A DNA stretch of 62,038 bases, the filler included, from Pirum gemmata (Eukaryota), in assembly GCA_002812295.1 (NCBI GenBank). It is 9 parts of 9 records of this genome, joined end to end, with 100 filler letters (N's around TTAATTAATTAA, not from the genome) between each part and the next. Parts side by side here need not be neighbours in the genome. Positions count along the whole stretch, not along the records: positions 1 to 8,347 come from PDIN01000253.1; positions 8,448 to 14,951 come from PDIN01000254.1; 7 more parts are not named here. One strand, written 5' to 3'. How positions within the stretch are numbered: position 1 is the first letter of the stretch; every line of letters starts with the position of its first letter. Positions 1 through 12,755 of the stretch are shown piece by piece. Position numbers and translations under genes: made by a program. Below the pieces are notes generated by a model. It was not told where the DNA came from. It did not search any database and was given only the letters and a program-made list of their open reading frames with translations.

Positions 1-32
<32 letters not shown>

Positions 33-486
33 GGTTGTTGTTGTTGATTGTTGATTGTTGATTGTTGTTGCTGTTGATGATCGATTTTCTTTTCGCTTCT
101 GTATTTTGTTATATATTTAACATTTCAATTCTTCCCCATTCTTGTAATTGCTGTGCCTTTATGATTACCATTGTTAAGAAAGTATGGGTTTTTTGGGACA
201 TTTGTCATTAAAATATAAAGAAATTCGAGTTAAAAAATTTTAAAAAATGTAATTATTTCAAAAATTCGAAGTATCAGTTTTTGGGGGGTGTTTATAAACG
301 TTTTGAGTAAACTTTGTTATCAACATCTTCCTTGTCTTGATAATAATCGTAGCACGAATAACAATTAGGCCAAAATTCGTTTTATATTTATATTTCTTAA
401 CATTAAGATATTATATACTATATATATATACACATAATGATGTATATAAACATTAATATATATATATATGTTTCGTTTTTTACTAG

Positions 487-576
487 AATTGTGATCACCG
501 TACTGCTGCATTCTATAATTCGATCCAAAAAATCCAGACCGTGATCCATGAATCAGGAATGATGTTTAGAGAATAA
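487..576 (+). CDS. GLUD1: Terminal exon of a GLUD1-type glutamate dehydrogenase
   Basis: Pyrimidine-rich acceptor (ttttttactag) followed by NCDHRTAAFYNSIQKIQTVIHESGMMFRE*. This matches the GDH C-terminal helix pattern ([25 protein letters not shown] in animal GLUD1). Upstream exons were not identified in the window. Confidence 0.75.
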   Translation, partial: NCDHRTAAFYNSIQKIQTVIHESGMMFRE

Positions 577-1408
577 GTGATGTTTATCTTTTGTTTTCTC
601 TCTAGTGAAAGATATATTATTATGTAATAACGTTTATTTTTTTATAATAATATGAGCTGTTCTTGCTTTTTGTTCCTGTCGTGAATTTGTGATTGCTGCT
701 TTTGTTTGTTGTGACTTGTGTAATTACATAGGAAAGTTGTCACTGACCTTTGTTTTCACAAATTTTGTATGTACCTCTTTCGATTTGAATTTCAGATAGA
801 TACTTATTAAGGTTACCTACGGCATTTTTTAAAATGGTGAAGGAGGCCTGTTGCTTTTTAGCTTATTTTAGCTAATTATTAGAAAGTTTAGTTTATTAAT
901 TTTGTTTTATACAATTTATTTTTATTTTTTAGTTATTTTTAGTTATTTTTGTTATGGTTAACAATCAATCGCTGAATTTTTAATATATAAATTTAACTAT
1001 GTTTATATTTTGTGTAATAAAATTTTGTTTAAAATTTTTTTTTAAAAAAATATCATTTTAATTTAATTAGAGGGTGGGGCGTGGTGGTATAGGGCGGTGG
1101 GGGGTCTAATAATATTTAGCAAAGTTATCGATAGTATAATTAAATAAGATGTGTAACAAGAACTAGTAATAAGAACTACATAATGCAAACATTGTTATTT
1201 TGTATTTCGTAACAGAGACAAGTTAAGTAACTTAGTACTAATTTAGTTTTAAAAAGACCTAATTTGCAATTTTAAAATACGAAGGACACTAAAACTGATA
1301 TTGGTAATATCAAAATAAAAACACTAAACGAGTTCTAGTCTATGGAAAAATTAATAAGTAATCGAGCTCAAATAATTGCATTCTCTAAACCTGGAGCAAA
1401 TCATTAAT

Positions 1409-1490
1409 GGGGACTGCGAAGTGGCGCAACGGTTATTTGGTTAACAACCTGGATCCGGAGGTGTTGGGTTCGAATCCCCCCGACCAAGAC
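1409..1490 (+). pseudogene. tRNA-derived sequence (SINE head or tRNA pseudogene)
   Basis: Pol III A box TGGCGCAACGG (1422-1432) and B box GGTTCGAATCC (1467-1477) at tRNA-like spacing. The D stem and acceptor stem do not pair, so this is not a functional cloverleaf. Confidence 0.6.
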
Positions 1491-1741
1491 GAAGACTGTC
1501 TATAAATACAACATAAATTCCAAATATCGTTGTCCCAATAACAACCAGTCGGGGGTTTCCAATAATTTCCCCACCTGTGAATCAAAAAATGATTGTCGAA
1601 TAATACTGTTAACATACATGAGCTTCGGAATCATAATTCGAGCCTATCGAAAATTTTAAACTAACAGTTAAGTATTCAAGCTTTTTTTTCGACAACAGAA
1701 ATTCGAGTTTTCGGGTTCAGGCAGAATTGGGAGAGGCTTAC

Positions 1742-1835
1742 CAGGTAACCATCATTCCTACAAAGAGTTGTAGGGTGCATCATGGTCGTTGGATGATAGC
1801 CTTTTATTCTAAAGAAATCGCCGTCTCCTAAGAGC
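1742..1835 (-). CDS. Candidate internal exon of an unidentified gene
   Basis: Acceptor tttcttcacag and donor CTG|gtaagc flank 94 nt with only one open frame (LLGDGDFFRIKGYHPTTMMHPTTLCRNDGYL). Confidence 0.3.
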
Positions 1836-2388
1836 CTGTGAAGAAATCAAAAAAATCAAGTTACATAACTTACGTATCATTCATCCATCCATTTATAATA
1901 TTTTACAAAATCAAGAGCAAACTTAAGTCGATAATATAATGATTCCTACTACTAGTTTAATGCTTGTTTATTGTTATTTTTGAACCTTCTCTTATAATTA
2001 TCACGTATTATATTATGTGCTATCAAGATAATAGCAGTAGGCCTTGTATAGGCAAAACCTACATTATAAATACTCTAGACCATGATACCACTTGTGGCAG
2101 GTCTCATGACAAGACCTACTTTTTAACCCTAATATAATGATTGTGTGGATTCATGTCAGTTTTAACGTCTTTTATTAATAACGTTATCATAATATCATAA
2201 TTGATTTATAAGAAGTTATTGATATCATACATTTATTCATATGATAAATTTTACCCACAAAAATGGCATCTGGCTAGTTATATATAGTAGTCTAGTAGTC
2301 TCTATAACTAGTGGTTTACTATGATAGCTACTAGAGTAGTAATCACACAAGAATATATAACAATTATTAGTAGCCTAGCTAGCTAGTA

Positions 2389-2572
2389 GGGAGCGTTCAA
2401 ATACTATGATACTGTATTATTACACTATTATTACTACGTAACGCCAACTTCTGGTCAAACTAGTAGGTCAAACACAGCTTCAAATACCCCTACCTACCTA
2501 CCCCTCGACGTTAATTTCCGGTCAAATGCCACCTACCCACCCCTTGACGTGACGTATTATTTGAACGCTCCC
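2389..2572. mobile_element. PIF/Harbinger-like MITE, family A (short type, with internal insertions)
   Basis: TIR GGGAGCGTTCAAATA...TATTTGAACGCTCCC; same internal sequence as the copy at 3810-3954. Confidence 0.8.
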
Positions 2573-2576
2573 CTAC

Positions 2577-2661
2577 TTTTGAGTTTCAATAGAATTTTCA
2601 GTTTTCAAATATGATTAATCTAATAGGTATTTAATTAATAGGTTTGAAATTTTCGAACATA
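2577..2661. repeat. Dispersed repeat family L (other copies ~10874-10940, ~15829-15906, ~17819-17899)
   Basis: Shared TTTCA(A/T)TAGAATTTT...TTTTCAAA...TTTGAAATTTTCGAAC sequence in both orientations. Confidence 0.55.
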
Positions 2662-3809
2662 TTTTTTTTATGAAATGATATGATATAATATTATTATACA
2701 TAAACTTATTTTTTTAGACCTTTACTTTTTATGGTGATAATTTTCCTATATAAAGTTATAGAATCTCCATTTTAATATATTTTAAAAAAGATTTCTAAAG
2801 GGAGAGAGTTTCTGGTTTTAGTTTAGTAATTTAACCAATCATAAAAGAATTTTAGGAGTTTATTTGGTGCATTATTTTTATTATAGTATACCAGTGCTAG
2901 CTAGCTAGAGTATCTTTAATTTGGTACTTTTTAAGTGTATAATTGAACTGTTTTATAAAATGAAACATTAAATATAAAATACCAAATTAATCAAAACATG
3001 CCCGATAGTTAATAATTTGGTAAGTTTATTTCAGTTTTGAACTGGACAACACCTGTGGACAACACTAGCTAGACTAGCTAGCTAGGATAGACTAGTTACT
3101 AAAAGGTACTAGATCTAACTAAGAGTAGGAGGGGGGGTCTACCAGAGTACGCTAGCTAGACTACGCTACTACTAGCTAGTAACTAGTAGAGTAATTAATA
3201 TACAATAAATAGTACCAAATTGATACAATATAAATCCATTTAATTTAATTTGGTATATTTTATTATTTATATATTTATTTAAAAGTTTCAATTTAAATAT
3301 TATAACCCTCCAAATAAATATTTGGAATAAAAGTGGCGAAATCCGTCATATGAGCTCAAAATCCAACCAGCCAGAGACTCAATTTAGCTAGCTAGCTAGC
3401 TAGAGCAAAGCCCTGTCTAAAAGATATTTTAAAAAAATATGATAATTATGATAATGATATTTGGTATCATATGATAGGTTTATTTATCTATTTTTATTTA
3501 CTCTCCACTTTTATATTCATTTTGTTACTTTTCTAAAAGTATCTATATATAGTGTTTTTTTTTCTTTGTTTTTCTTTCCTTTTTTATGCATTTTTTTTTT
3601 TTATACCTATACTAGCTAGTCTAGTAGTTGATACTAGTTGATACATAGTAATAACAGTACTGGTATACCACCTAGCTAGCTCAGAGTCTATATAGGGTAT
3701 ACCGCCTAGGGTATACCGCAGCGCTACCACATTGTTGAACGGTATACCATAATACCACTTAGACTACCGGTATGATAAAATGTTTACTGGTAGTCTAGCT
3801 AGCTAGAGA

Positions 3810-3954
3810 GGGAGCGTTCAAATACTACATAACGCCAATTTCCGGTCAAATACAGCTTCAAATACCCCTACCCACCTACCCCTCGACGTTAATTTCCGGT
3901 CAAATACCACCTACCTACCTACCTCTTGACGTGACGTATTATTTGAACGCTCCC
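3810..3954. mobile_element. PIF/Harbinger-like MITE, family A (145 bp)
   Basis: Complete GGGAGCGTTCAAATA TIRs with internal (CCTA)n blocks. Confidence 0.85.
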
Positions 3955-4913
3955 AACTGGTACTAGCTAGCTACTAGCTAGAGTTTCTAGCGTAAACCTT
4001 ATTATTATATATGTCATAATAATATCTACTACTACTAGTAGCTAGACTAGCTGCTAGTATAGTTAGTTTATATTATATGCATATCATAATAAATGTTTCT
4101 AAAGAAGCCTTGTTGATTTTTTTTCATAAAAGGCTCAAGAGCCCTTTCCATTATTTTCAAATAATTGATCTAAAGCTTTTCACTCTGAGGCTAGTGAGAG
4201 TCTGAGCACTGTTACAGCACTCGCCAAGTCAGTGAAAAGTCTGAGGGTATGATGAGTGATATGACTCGTATGATTTTTATTATATCAAACTATACGTATA
4301 CGTACGTATATATATCATGAGAACCACCTTATTGGTAGTTCTCAACTTTCCATATATTCAATACATAATAATATGATATTATACGTATTTATAATAAAAA
4401 AGCGATTCATTATAATAATAATATAAAAAAGTAGACTAGAGTAAGCTATAAGCTAGGATTTATTTATATTTATTAATTTTATATAAATATTAATATGACC
4501 TCAAGGCTTCTTCTCATGTGTACATGTAGAGTCATTGTAGAGTCGACTATGTAATCATTAATTGATGAGTGAATGCCCGTGAGTCTGAAATTTAGAATAG
4601 TGAGTCTGACTGTCTGATGATAGTAGTACTACTACTAAAAACCGATATTGATATCATACACCAATAATACTATAGTAGCAGCTAGCTAGCTAACTACTGT
4701 ATTCTAGCTATGATACTATCATTCGCTACTGGCTGGGGGTCTATAGAGCTAGCTACTAGCTAGCTAGTAGACTAGCTAGCTGTACCTAGCTGTACTGTTA
4801 GACGGTCTAGCTAGTCTAGCTAGTAAGTAAAGGGGGTAGAACGCCAGAGCTATCATAGCTAGCTAGCTAGTAGTATGTTCATATCACGATAGACGGTCTA
4901 GCTAGAGACGTTC

Positions 4914-5004
4914 TACCCTAACCCTAACCCTAACCCTAACCCTAACCCTAACCCCTACCCTAACCCTAACCCTAACTCCTACCCTAACCCTAACCCTAAC
5001 CCTA
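4914..5004. repeat. Interstitial (CCCTAA)n telomeric-type array
   Basis: Direct tandem CCCTAA units inside the contig. Confidence 0.9.
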
Positions 5005-5925
5005 ATACCAGTAGTCATATCATACAACATAGTCAAAATAATACAGACTATAGACTACAATATTCTGTCAAAAAAAAGTTATTTACAATATGACATAGCT
5101 ATCTAAGCCTATCTTATACCCGTAGCTATGATAGATACTCTAGCTAGTACTAGCTAGACTAGCTACTAGCTAGATAAAACTAATAGAGATAAAAGATTTC
5201 TTTTTCCATTTTTGTTTTTTTTTTACTCTTTTTTTACTCTAGCTACCGGCAGCTAGCTTTTTTTTACTCTTTCTTACTACCCTTTCTTACCCTTATTAGC
5301 TCTAGCTATTTAGCTAGTAGCCAACTAGCAAGATATCGATTATTATCGAGATACAGCTAGCTAGTAGTAGGCATGTTGACCCAAACAACCCAAACAAAAT
5401 GACTCTCTTTCAAGGGTACCTCAAGAGGCTGCTCAAAGAGGGGTTCTCGAAGGTTCCTTCCAAGTCTCTGTGGGTTCAGTCTGTGGGTTTAGGCCTGTGG
5501 GTTTTTTTAACTTTATTAAGGTAGACGAGTGCTTTTCAGCATTTTTAAAAGTTTTTTTAAAAAAAAACACAGACACAAACGCACTAAATTAATTTATTTC
5601 ATACAATTTCCTTAATTTGGAATGTTTTAATAATTTATTGATTAATTTAAAACCCTCCAATTAATGAATTTGAAGGTACCACCAAGTTTACAACCACCAA
5701 CCAAAAAACAAGAATCAAAAACCAAAATAAATATAAAATCTGTGTGAAATTGTGAATCCTTTTTTGTGATACCAAACGGCCAAATCAAATAAAAGGAAAA
5801 GATTTTCATTTTTTTTGTAATAATTTTTTTTGATTTAGACTAAATCAATCAATATTTATTTATTATTATTTTTTAAATATTACTATTACTATTAATATTA
5901 CTATTACTATTATTAGTATTATCAC

Positions 5926-5976
<51 letters not shown>

Positions 5977-5985
5977 CATTATCAC

Positions 5986-6036
<51 letters not shown>

Positions 6037-6102
6037 GTTCATCATCATCATCATCATCATCATAATCATCATATAATCATCATAATCATCATCACCATTT
6101 TT

Positions 6103-6994
6103 AACCCTATACCCTAACCCTAACCCTAACCCTAACCCTAACCCTAACCTTTACCCTATTATTATTATTATTTCTTTTCTTATTTATATTATAATCATAT
6201 GTTAAATCTTTTGCCTTATTATTATTATTGAAAATATCGGTGGGTTAAGAAAAAAGGTTAATCTTAACCCTAACCCTAACCCGAGCCTTAAAGCCCTACC
6301 TATAGCCTTACCCCTAACCCTTTTATTATTATTAAAAAGGTCGGCGGGTTAATAAAAAAAACAGTTCAAGCTGCCAATATTGCTATTAACCATAGAGAGA
6401 GAATTTTTGAAATTTTGGGCGTCGGGGAGGAGATAATGTAACCTATCATATTTAATAAACAATCGACCCTAACCCTTACCCTAACCCTAACTTTAAAGCT
6501 AAGTCGATCACTAATGCTAACCCTAACTCTAACTCTAACTCTAACCCTAACCCTAACCCTAACCCTAACCCTAACCCTAACCCTGACTCTAACTCCAATA
6601 TAAACTTTACCTAGCCTGTTACTCTACCTGTCACAACCCCCATTGTCATTACCCCCATCATCACTAGTACCACCACCACCACGACCACCACCACCACTAC
6701 TAATACCACCACTACCACCACTACCACCACTACCNNNNNNNNNNNNNNNNNNNNNNNNNNNNNNNNNNNNNNNNNNNNNNNNNNNNNNNNNNNNNNNNNN
6801 NNNNNNNNNNNNNNNNNNNNNNNNNNNNNNNNNNNNNNNNNNNNNNNNNNNNNNNNNNNNNNNNNNNNNCCCTAACCCTAACCCTAACCCTAACCCTAAC
6901 CCTAACCCTAACCTCCCTAACCCTAACCCTAACCTCCCTAACCCTAACCTTAAAACCTCCCTAACCCTAACAGTCCCTAACCCTAACCCTAACC
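6103..6994. repeat. Cluster of (CCCTAA)n arrays and CCA/CTA triplet repeats around an N gap
   Basis: Several CCCTAA tracts with variant units. Confidence 0.85.
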
Positions 6995-7243
6995 TATTAT
7001 TATACCCTATTACTAGAAAACAAAAAAAAAAATTTAGAATTACTTAAAATAGTAACTTTTTTTAAAAAAAAATGGAATTACTTAAAATAGTACATTCCAA
7101 ACAATTTTTTTAATTAAAAAAACTTTTTAAACCACTTAAGTATCCTCTTTTATTTGTCATGATCTCATAGAATATCATAGAATAGTTCATAGAATCTAGA
7201 TTTAGCAATTTTTTTTTCTTTTTTCTAAATCACCAAGACTTCA

Positions 7244-7482
7244 CCAAGCCGGATAAAAATGGCGACATCCGCCATATATGCGCTTTAAAATACAGTAATC
7301 TCAAAAACATTCCAATTTTAAAAAAAGTACTACCAAATTAAGAGAAATTATCGAACTAAATAAACTCTATTATGAACCAATGGCTAATTTTTAAAAATAA
7401 TTTGGCGAGTTTTAATATTAAAGGTTTTCAGAAAAGAAGTCTAAAACAAAAATGATTTACACAGTTTTATTCGGCTTGGCTG
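7244..7482. mobile_element. TTAA-associated MITE, family E
   Basis: TIR CCAAGCCGGATAAAA...TTTTATTCGGCTTGGCTG followed by TTAA. Confidence 0.75.
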
Positions 7483-7580
7483 TTAAAAAAATAGAATTTT
7501 TTTATTATTATTATTATTTTTTTTTTTTTTTTGAATTTTAGTTTGGGGCCGCCCGAACTGGATGGGGACTTAGAGACTTA

Positions 7581-7703
7581 GGGAGCATTTACAGTCAAAC
7601 ACAGCTTCAAATACCCCTACCTACCTACCCCTCGACTTTAATTTCCGGACAAATATCACCTACTTACCTACCCCTTGACGTGACGTATTATTTGCACGTT
7701 CCC
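7581..7703. mobile_element. Degenerate family A MITE
   Basis: GGGAGC...GTTCCC ends, family A core, 5' TTA. Confidence 0.7.
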
Positions 7704-7724
7704 TTGGTACTCAGTATCATAGTT

Positions 7725-7890
7725 CTCATGGTTTTTCCAGTACAAAAACTGAAATAAACGTACCAAATTGTTATTATGGTTAAACTATCAAACATGTTTT
7801 GATTAATTTGGTATTATATAAGTAATGTTATATTTTATAAACAAGTTCAATAATGCACTTAAACAATACCAAATTAAAGAAAGAGAGGAC
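7725..7890. repeat. Family D repeat (other copies ~2912-3065, ~32429-32597, ~50502-50679)
   Basis: Shared core AAAAACTGAAATAAACGTACCAAATT...AATTTGGTA...AAACAAGTTCAAT. One end (TATCGTGTTTTTCA) resembles the family C terminus. Confidence 0.65.
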
Positions 7891-8347
7891 CATACTTACT
7901 GTAATGAAATAAATAGTTGGTAATAAAAGACTAATTAATATTGTAAACAACTTAACTCTGATCTCCAACTTTTTCTCTTGTAATACGTACTCTAGAGACT
8001 GGGGTTCCTGAGGATTCCCAGCATAATAATGAGATTATCACGATAATTCTCATTATAAATAAGGGACGAGGTTCTTGAAGTTTGAAACAGTTTGAAAGTG
8101 TTTGTTCAAACTCTTTTGTTCAATATCTATCGAAAACTAAACCTTTAACCCAGCTGACTAAAATTTGATACTAATTTGTCTATAAATGCCCTGAGAATTA
8201 TAATAAAACATGACTAGAACAAATAAAGCATTTATTAAATATTAATATTAATATTAATATAGTTTTTATAATAATAATTATATTTATTTTTTAATTATTA
8301 TTATTATTATTTTTTTTTTTAATCTGATATAATCTTAATTATTAATA

Positions 8348-8447
8348 NNNNNNNNNNNNNNNNNNNNNNNNNNNNNNNNNNNNNNNNNNNNTTAATTAAT
8401 TAANNNNNNNNNNNNNNNNNNNNNNNNNNNNNNNNNNNNNNNNNNNN
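8348..8447. other. Artificial contig linker 44N-TTAATTAATTAA-44N (also 14952-15051, 21601-21700, 28328-28427, 34901-35000, 41763-41862, 48949-49048, 55484-55583)
   Basis: The same 100-bp spacer, with stops in all six frames, occurs eight times. Confidence 0.97.
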
Positions 8448-8479
<32 letters not shown>

Positions 8480-8952
8480 ATCAAAATTCTCAAAATTATG
8501 ATCAGAAATTATTGTTACTGAAGGAGAAAAACCGTATGATTTTTAAAAAACACCAAATAAGTATATTATTGTATATATAGCTTGGAGCAAGGACTTCAAA
8601 TTTTTTGAAAGCTTGGAGCTAAAAATATTTCTAATAAAGACTAGCTCTAGCTAGCTCTAAGCTAGTAGTAGTCTATTATTATTATATTTATGATAAAATA
8701 GTGATAAAATAGTCTAGTATTTATAATAAAATAAATCAGTAATAAATCTAGTTTGTAAAATAAATAATATTAGTATCGATAGTTTATTAGTCGACTATAG
8801 CTTCGACTATCCTCTATAGTAGCTAGCTATACTCTAGCTATCTAGTATGATATATATCTAGCTAGCTTTATTGATAGTAGTAGTATCATAGCGATCTTCA
8901 GGTAGTCTAGCTAGTAGCGATGTAGACTCAAATCATGTAGTACTAAGCCTAG

Positions 8953-9111
8953 TATTGTCCTTTTCATTTATTTTGCCACTCCGAATATTTATTTGGTTGT
9001 TTATAATATTTAATTTGATACTTTTAAATAAATAAATATATAATAAAATATNTTAATTTGGTACTATTTATTGTATATTTTATGGCGACAAAATAACTGA
9101 AAAACACGATA
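8953..9111. mobile_element. Family C MITE (internally deleted, reverse orientation)
   Basis: TATTGTCCTTTTCA...TGAAAAACACGATA termini. Confidence 0.75.
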
Positions 9112-10068
9112 GGTCATTGAACTATGAAGTTGAACAGTTGAACTACCGGAGTGGTACTACCAGTATCTTATTATAGCCAATATTAATAAGGAGAGTAGGA
9201 CTGCCGTAGATCAACTTTTTTTTTTTTTTTTTAATTTTTTAAATAGCATCGAGAAAATCGCTCCTTTAATAGAAATGTTTTTTTTATGCATGATGCATCA
9301 TGTGACTTTGCAGACTTTGAAAAAAGTAAACCAATTTAAAAAAATTTTCTAAAAAGCTATCTACAGGAGACTTCTACAGGCCTAACACGTTACACATAGG
9401 TGAATATATCAGATTTGCATCTAGAGATTTGCATGTATATAAAAATTAGAAGTAGAGACTTTTTTATTATCATATCATAAAAAAATTAGCTATGATCAAT
9501 ACTTTATGAATTTATGATAGAGGAACTATGATAGACTGATTGATAGTTTTTAATATATTATAATTTAATATTATATTATCAATAAAAAGTAAATTAGACT
9601 AGTATTAGATTTCTCCAAATTGTGTAGAAAAAAGAGTAGACTATTTTACAACAAAACTAAGTAAGTCTTTTACTGTTTTACAGGAGTTTTAAAAAACTTT
9701 TACAGGCCCCTGAATTTAATATTTAGTATGACTGCATGATATATTTACATATTATATAATTTATATTTTTAAAAAAAATTTTACTTCCAGTTTACAGGCC
9801 TCAGTTTACTACCCTCTACTAGCTAGCTAGGTTTACTACCCGTAGCTGGGTTGATCAACCACTCAATGCACCAATAGAAATATATCTAAACTAGAAATGT
9901 TATGAGACCTACTCTAGAAAATTAGGAATATACATTATACAACCATCGATGATCATGGTTTAACATAGAGGTCTAATATCATATATTAAATAGCCTATTA
10001 TGAATAATATGAAAGCTAATATTACTGACTGACTGCCTATCAGAGTAAGTTTTATTCTAGTGAGTCTC

Positions 10069-10261
10069 TATCGTGCTTTTCAGTTGTTCGGTCAGCATAA
10101 AATATATAATACAAAAAAGAGTACCAAATTACTACAATATAAATCCATTTCATTTAATTTGGTATATTTTATTATCTATTTATTCATTTAAAAAAGTCAA
10201 TTTAGATATCATAACCAACCAAATAATGTTTGGATTGACAAAATAAATGAAAAGCACAATA
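10069..10261. mobile_element. Family C MITE (~190 bp, TA-flanked)
   Basis: TATCGTGCTTTTCA...TGAAAAGCACAATA inverted termini, with an internal TACCAAATT/AATTTGGTA inverted motif. Confidence 0.8.
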
Positions 10262-10506
10262 GAACCATGAATATAATTATGATACGTATGATAAAAGTGT
10301 ATGTATGATATGTATTAATATACTATAAATCTATAATGTATGCGTCACTGACATTTTTTCAAAAATAATTAATATAGATAATATTTAAAAATTGCATTGT
10401 AGAGGCTTTGACTCTTTGGAACTCTCTTTTTTAAAAATTTGGTGTGTTTGTTGTTTGTTACCAAGTAGACTATCATCTATCATAGTATCATAAACTTTCT
10501 AAAGAT

Positions 10507-10675
10507 AGGAATCATCCATAATAAAGGACGTCACCTAATCTTACCTATGCCTCTTTGCCCAAAACACTTTTTATCATAATTTTTAAGTTATTACTGCCTA
10601 AAACAGTTTAAGTCACACTTTCGAGCAATGACTTCTATCAAAGAATAAGTGATGTCCTTTATTATGAATGTTCCC
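10507..10675. mobile_element. Harbinger-like MITE, family B
   Basis: Imperfect TIR AGGAATCATCCATAATAAAGGACGTCAC / GTGATGTCCTTTATTATGAATGTTCCC; inverted copy at 16005-16188. Confidence 0.7.
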
Positions 10676-11987
10676 AGTGTGGTGGTGGATAGCTGCTAGC
10701 TAGCTGCTAGCTAGCTAGCCTAGTTATGATAGTAAAACTGTGCTATCAATATTAATTAATACTAGCTAGACTACTACTAGCAGAGTAGTAGAGAGTCTAG
10801 CTAGCTAGCTAGCTAGTAGTATGATAGAGTATGGTGCAAACAATCAAAAAACGTCACACATTTTTTTATATAATATGTTCGAATATTTCAAATAACAATT
10901 ACATTACACTTACATTACTTATATTCGAAAACTGAAATTATACTTTAGCTTGTTTGCACAATAGCACTAGTAGTAGCTAGCTAGCTAGCTAGTTAGAGCT
11001 ACTAGCTAGCTACTAGCTAGTAGAGAGAAACTACAGAAAGAAACCAAGACCAAGAGAGAGAAACTACAGAAAGAAACCAAGAGAGAAACTATAGTCTATA
11101 TATAGACTATGCCTCACACTATGAGTCACTTCAGAGGAAGTTCAGAACTTCAGACGAGACCCCCCCAGAGGCCAGAGCCCAAACTCTCCACAAATCTATT
11201 TTTGTGATGAAATAAAAAAGCTAAATAAAGAGAAAGACCACTAACCGACCAGTAACCGACCACTACCAGCGAAAGAAACCATTTTTAGCCATTTTTATAT
11301 AGACTAATAATATGATGGATAGTTGAAATAAGTGAAATAATCAGCTGTAATTTGTAAATAAATAATAGAACCAAAAGTGAACCAAACAAATAAAAAATTC
11401 TTATTTTTTCATGGTTTTTAGATGGCCCTGATACCGCTGCTGGATACAGACTACAGTGATACTAGTGTGATACTAGTAATCATACTACTGTGATTTTTTG
11501 AGCTTTTTTTTCTTGTTTTTTCTGTTTTGTTTTTTATACGATTTAATAGTCAAGGACTTTGAAGTCCTTGGATTAGTCTATATCAATTATCATATCATAT
11601 AATTTTTATGATACTAGATAGTTTTTATATTATCGATATCATCATCATCATAAATAATATCATCAGATATTATCATACCATAAATTCATAATATATTATT
11701 ATGATATCATACCCTATAATTTTTTTAAAAAATCGTAAATAAATAATGAGGCACAACAATGAGGCACAACAATGGGGCACAAAATTAATAATAATATTTT
11801 TTTATAATAATACAAGTGTAATATTATTATTAAATTTTACTTATGATATTATATTGTGTTGTACTTTTAGTTGTAATATATCATAATACGTATTAATAAC
11901 ACTTGGGTTGTAATAAAATTACTACTAGCTAGCTCTAGCTAGCTACTAGCTAGTAGAGTGCTACTAGTAGGTCTACTAGTATGATTA

Positions 11988-12280
11988 GGGAGCGTTCAAT
12001 AATTACGTAACGCTGGGGGTAGGTAGGGGGGGCCGGATTTTTGTGACAGGCCATGACGCAGTAGGGGGGTAGGTTTTCGTAATATGACATAACGCAAAAA
12101 AAAATATATATCCCTATATATATATATATAACATGAGGGGTAATTTAGGGTACTATTTTTTCCAAATCGTTACGTCATAAGGGGTAGGTAGTCCTTCTCA
12201 AACGTGACAGGGCTGTTACACGGGGGTAGTAGGGTAGGTTTTTGTCCCAAATCGGCGTTACGTAATTATTGAACGCTCCC
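11988..12280. mobile_element. PIF/Harbinger-like MITE, family A (long type, 293 bp)
   Basis: Perfect TIR GGGAGCGTTCAATAATTACGTAACGC with TTA target-site duplication on both sides. Confidence 0.9.
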
Positions 12281-12349
12281 TTACTAAGTATGATAGGCTC
12301 AGTGATAGGCTCGAGTTTCAAGTGAGTTTCGAGTCTCGACATGTTCAAT

Positions 12350-12697
12350 TATCATGTTTTTTCAGTTGTTTTGTCATCATAAAATATACAATAAATAGTA
12401 CCAAATTAATACCATATAAATCCATTTCATTTAATTTGGTATATTATATTATTTATTTATTCATTTAAAAATGTCAACTTAAATATTATAACCAACCAAA
12501 TAAATATTCAGAGTGACAAAATAAATGAAAAGCACTATAAAAAGTTTAGAGAATATTTTTTTAATTGATACTTTTAAAAAAATAAATAAATAATAAAATA
12601 TACCAAAATTAAATGAAATGGATTTATATGGTATTAATTTGGTACTATTTATTGTATATTTTATGACGACAAAATATCATAACTGAAAAACACGATA
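12350..12697. mobile_element. Two family C MITEs in inverted orientation (12350-12539 and ~12561-12697)
   Basis: The second copy is the reverse complement of the first two-thirds of the first copy. Confidence 0.8.
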
Positions 12698-12755
12698 GAG
12701 TAACAGAGTTAGAGCTGAGTTGAAGCAGCTGCCAGCTGTTGGAGTCTTGGAGTAA

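Noticed and set aside
1409..1490. Functional tRNA gene
   Set aside because: Acceptor and D stems cannot pair and the T stem has mismatches.
5866..7047. ORFs of poly-I, poly-M, poly-P and PN repeats (likewise those at 14661, 15628, 16174, 23248, 33716, 40981, 41807, 48251, 57398)
   Set aside because: They are translations of microsatellites, homopolymers, telomeric repeats and N gaps.
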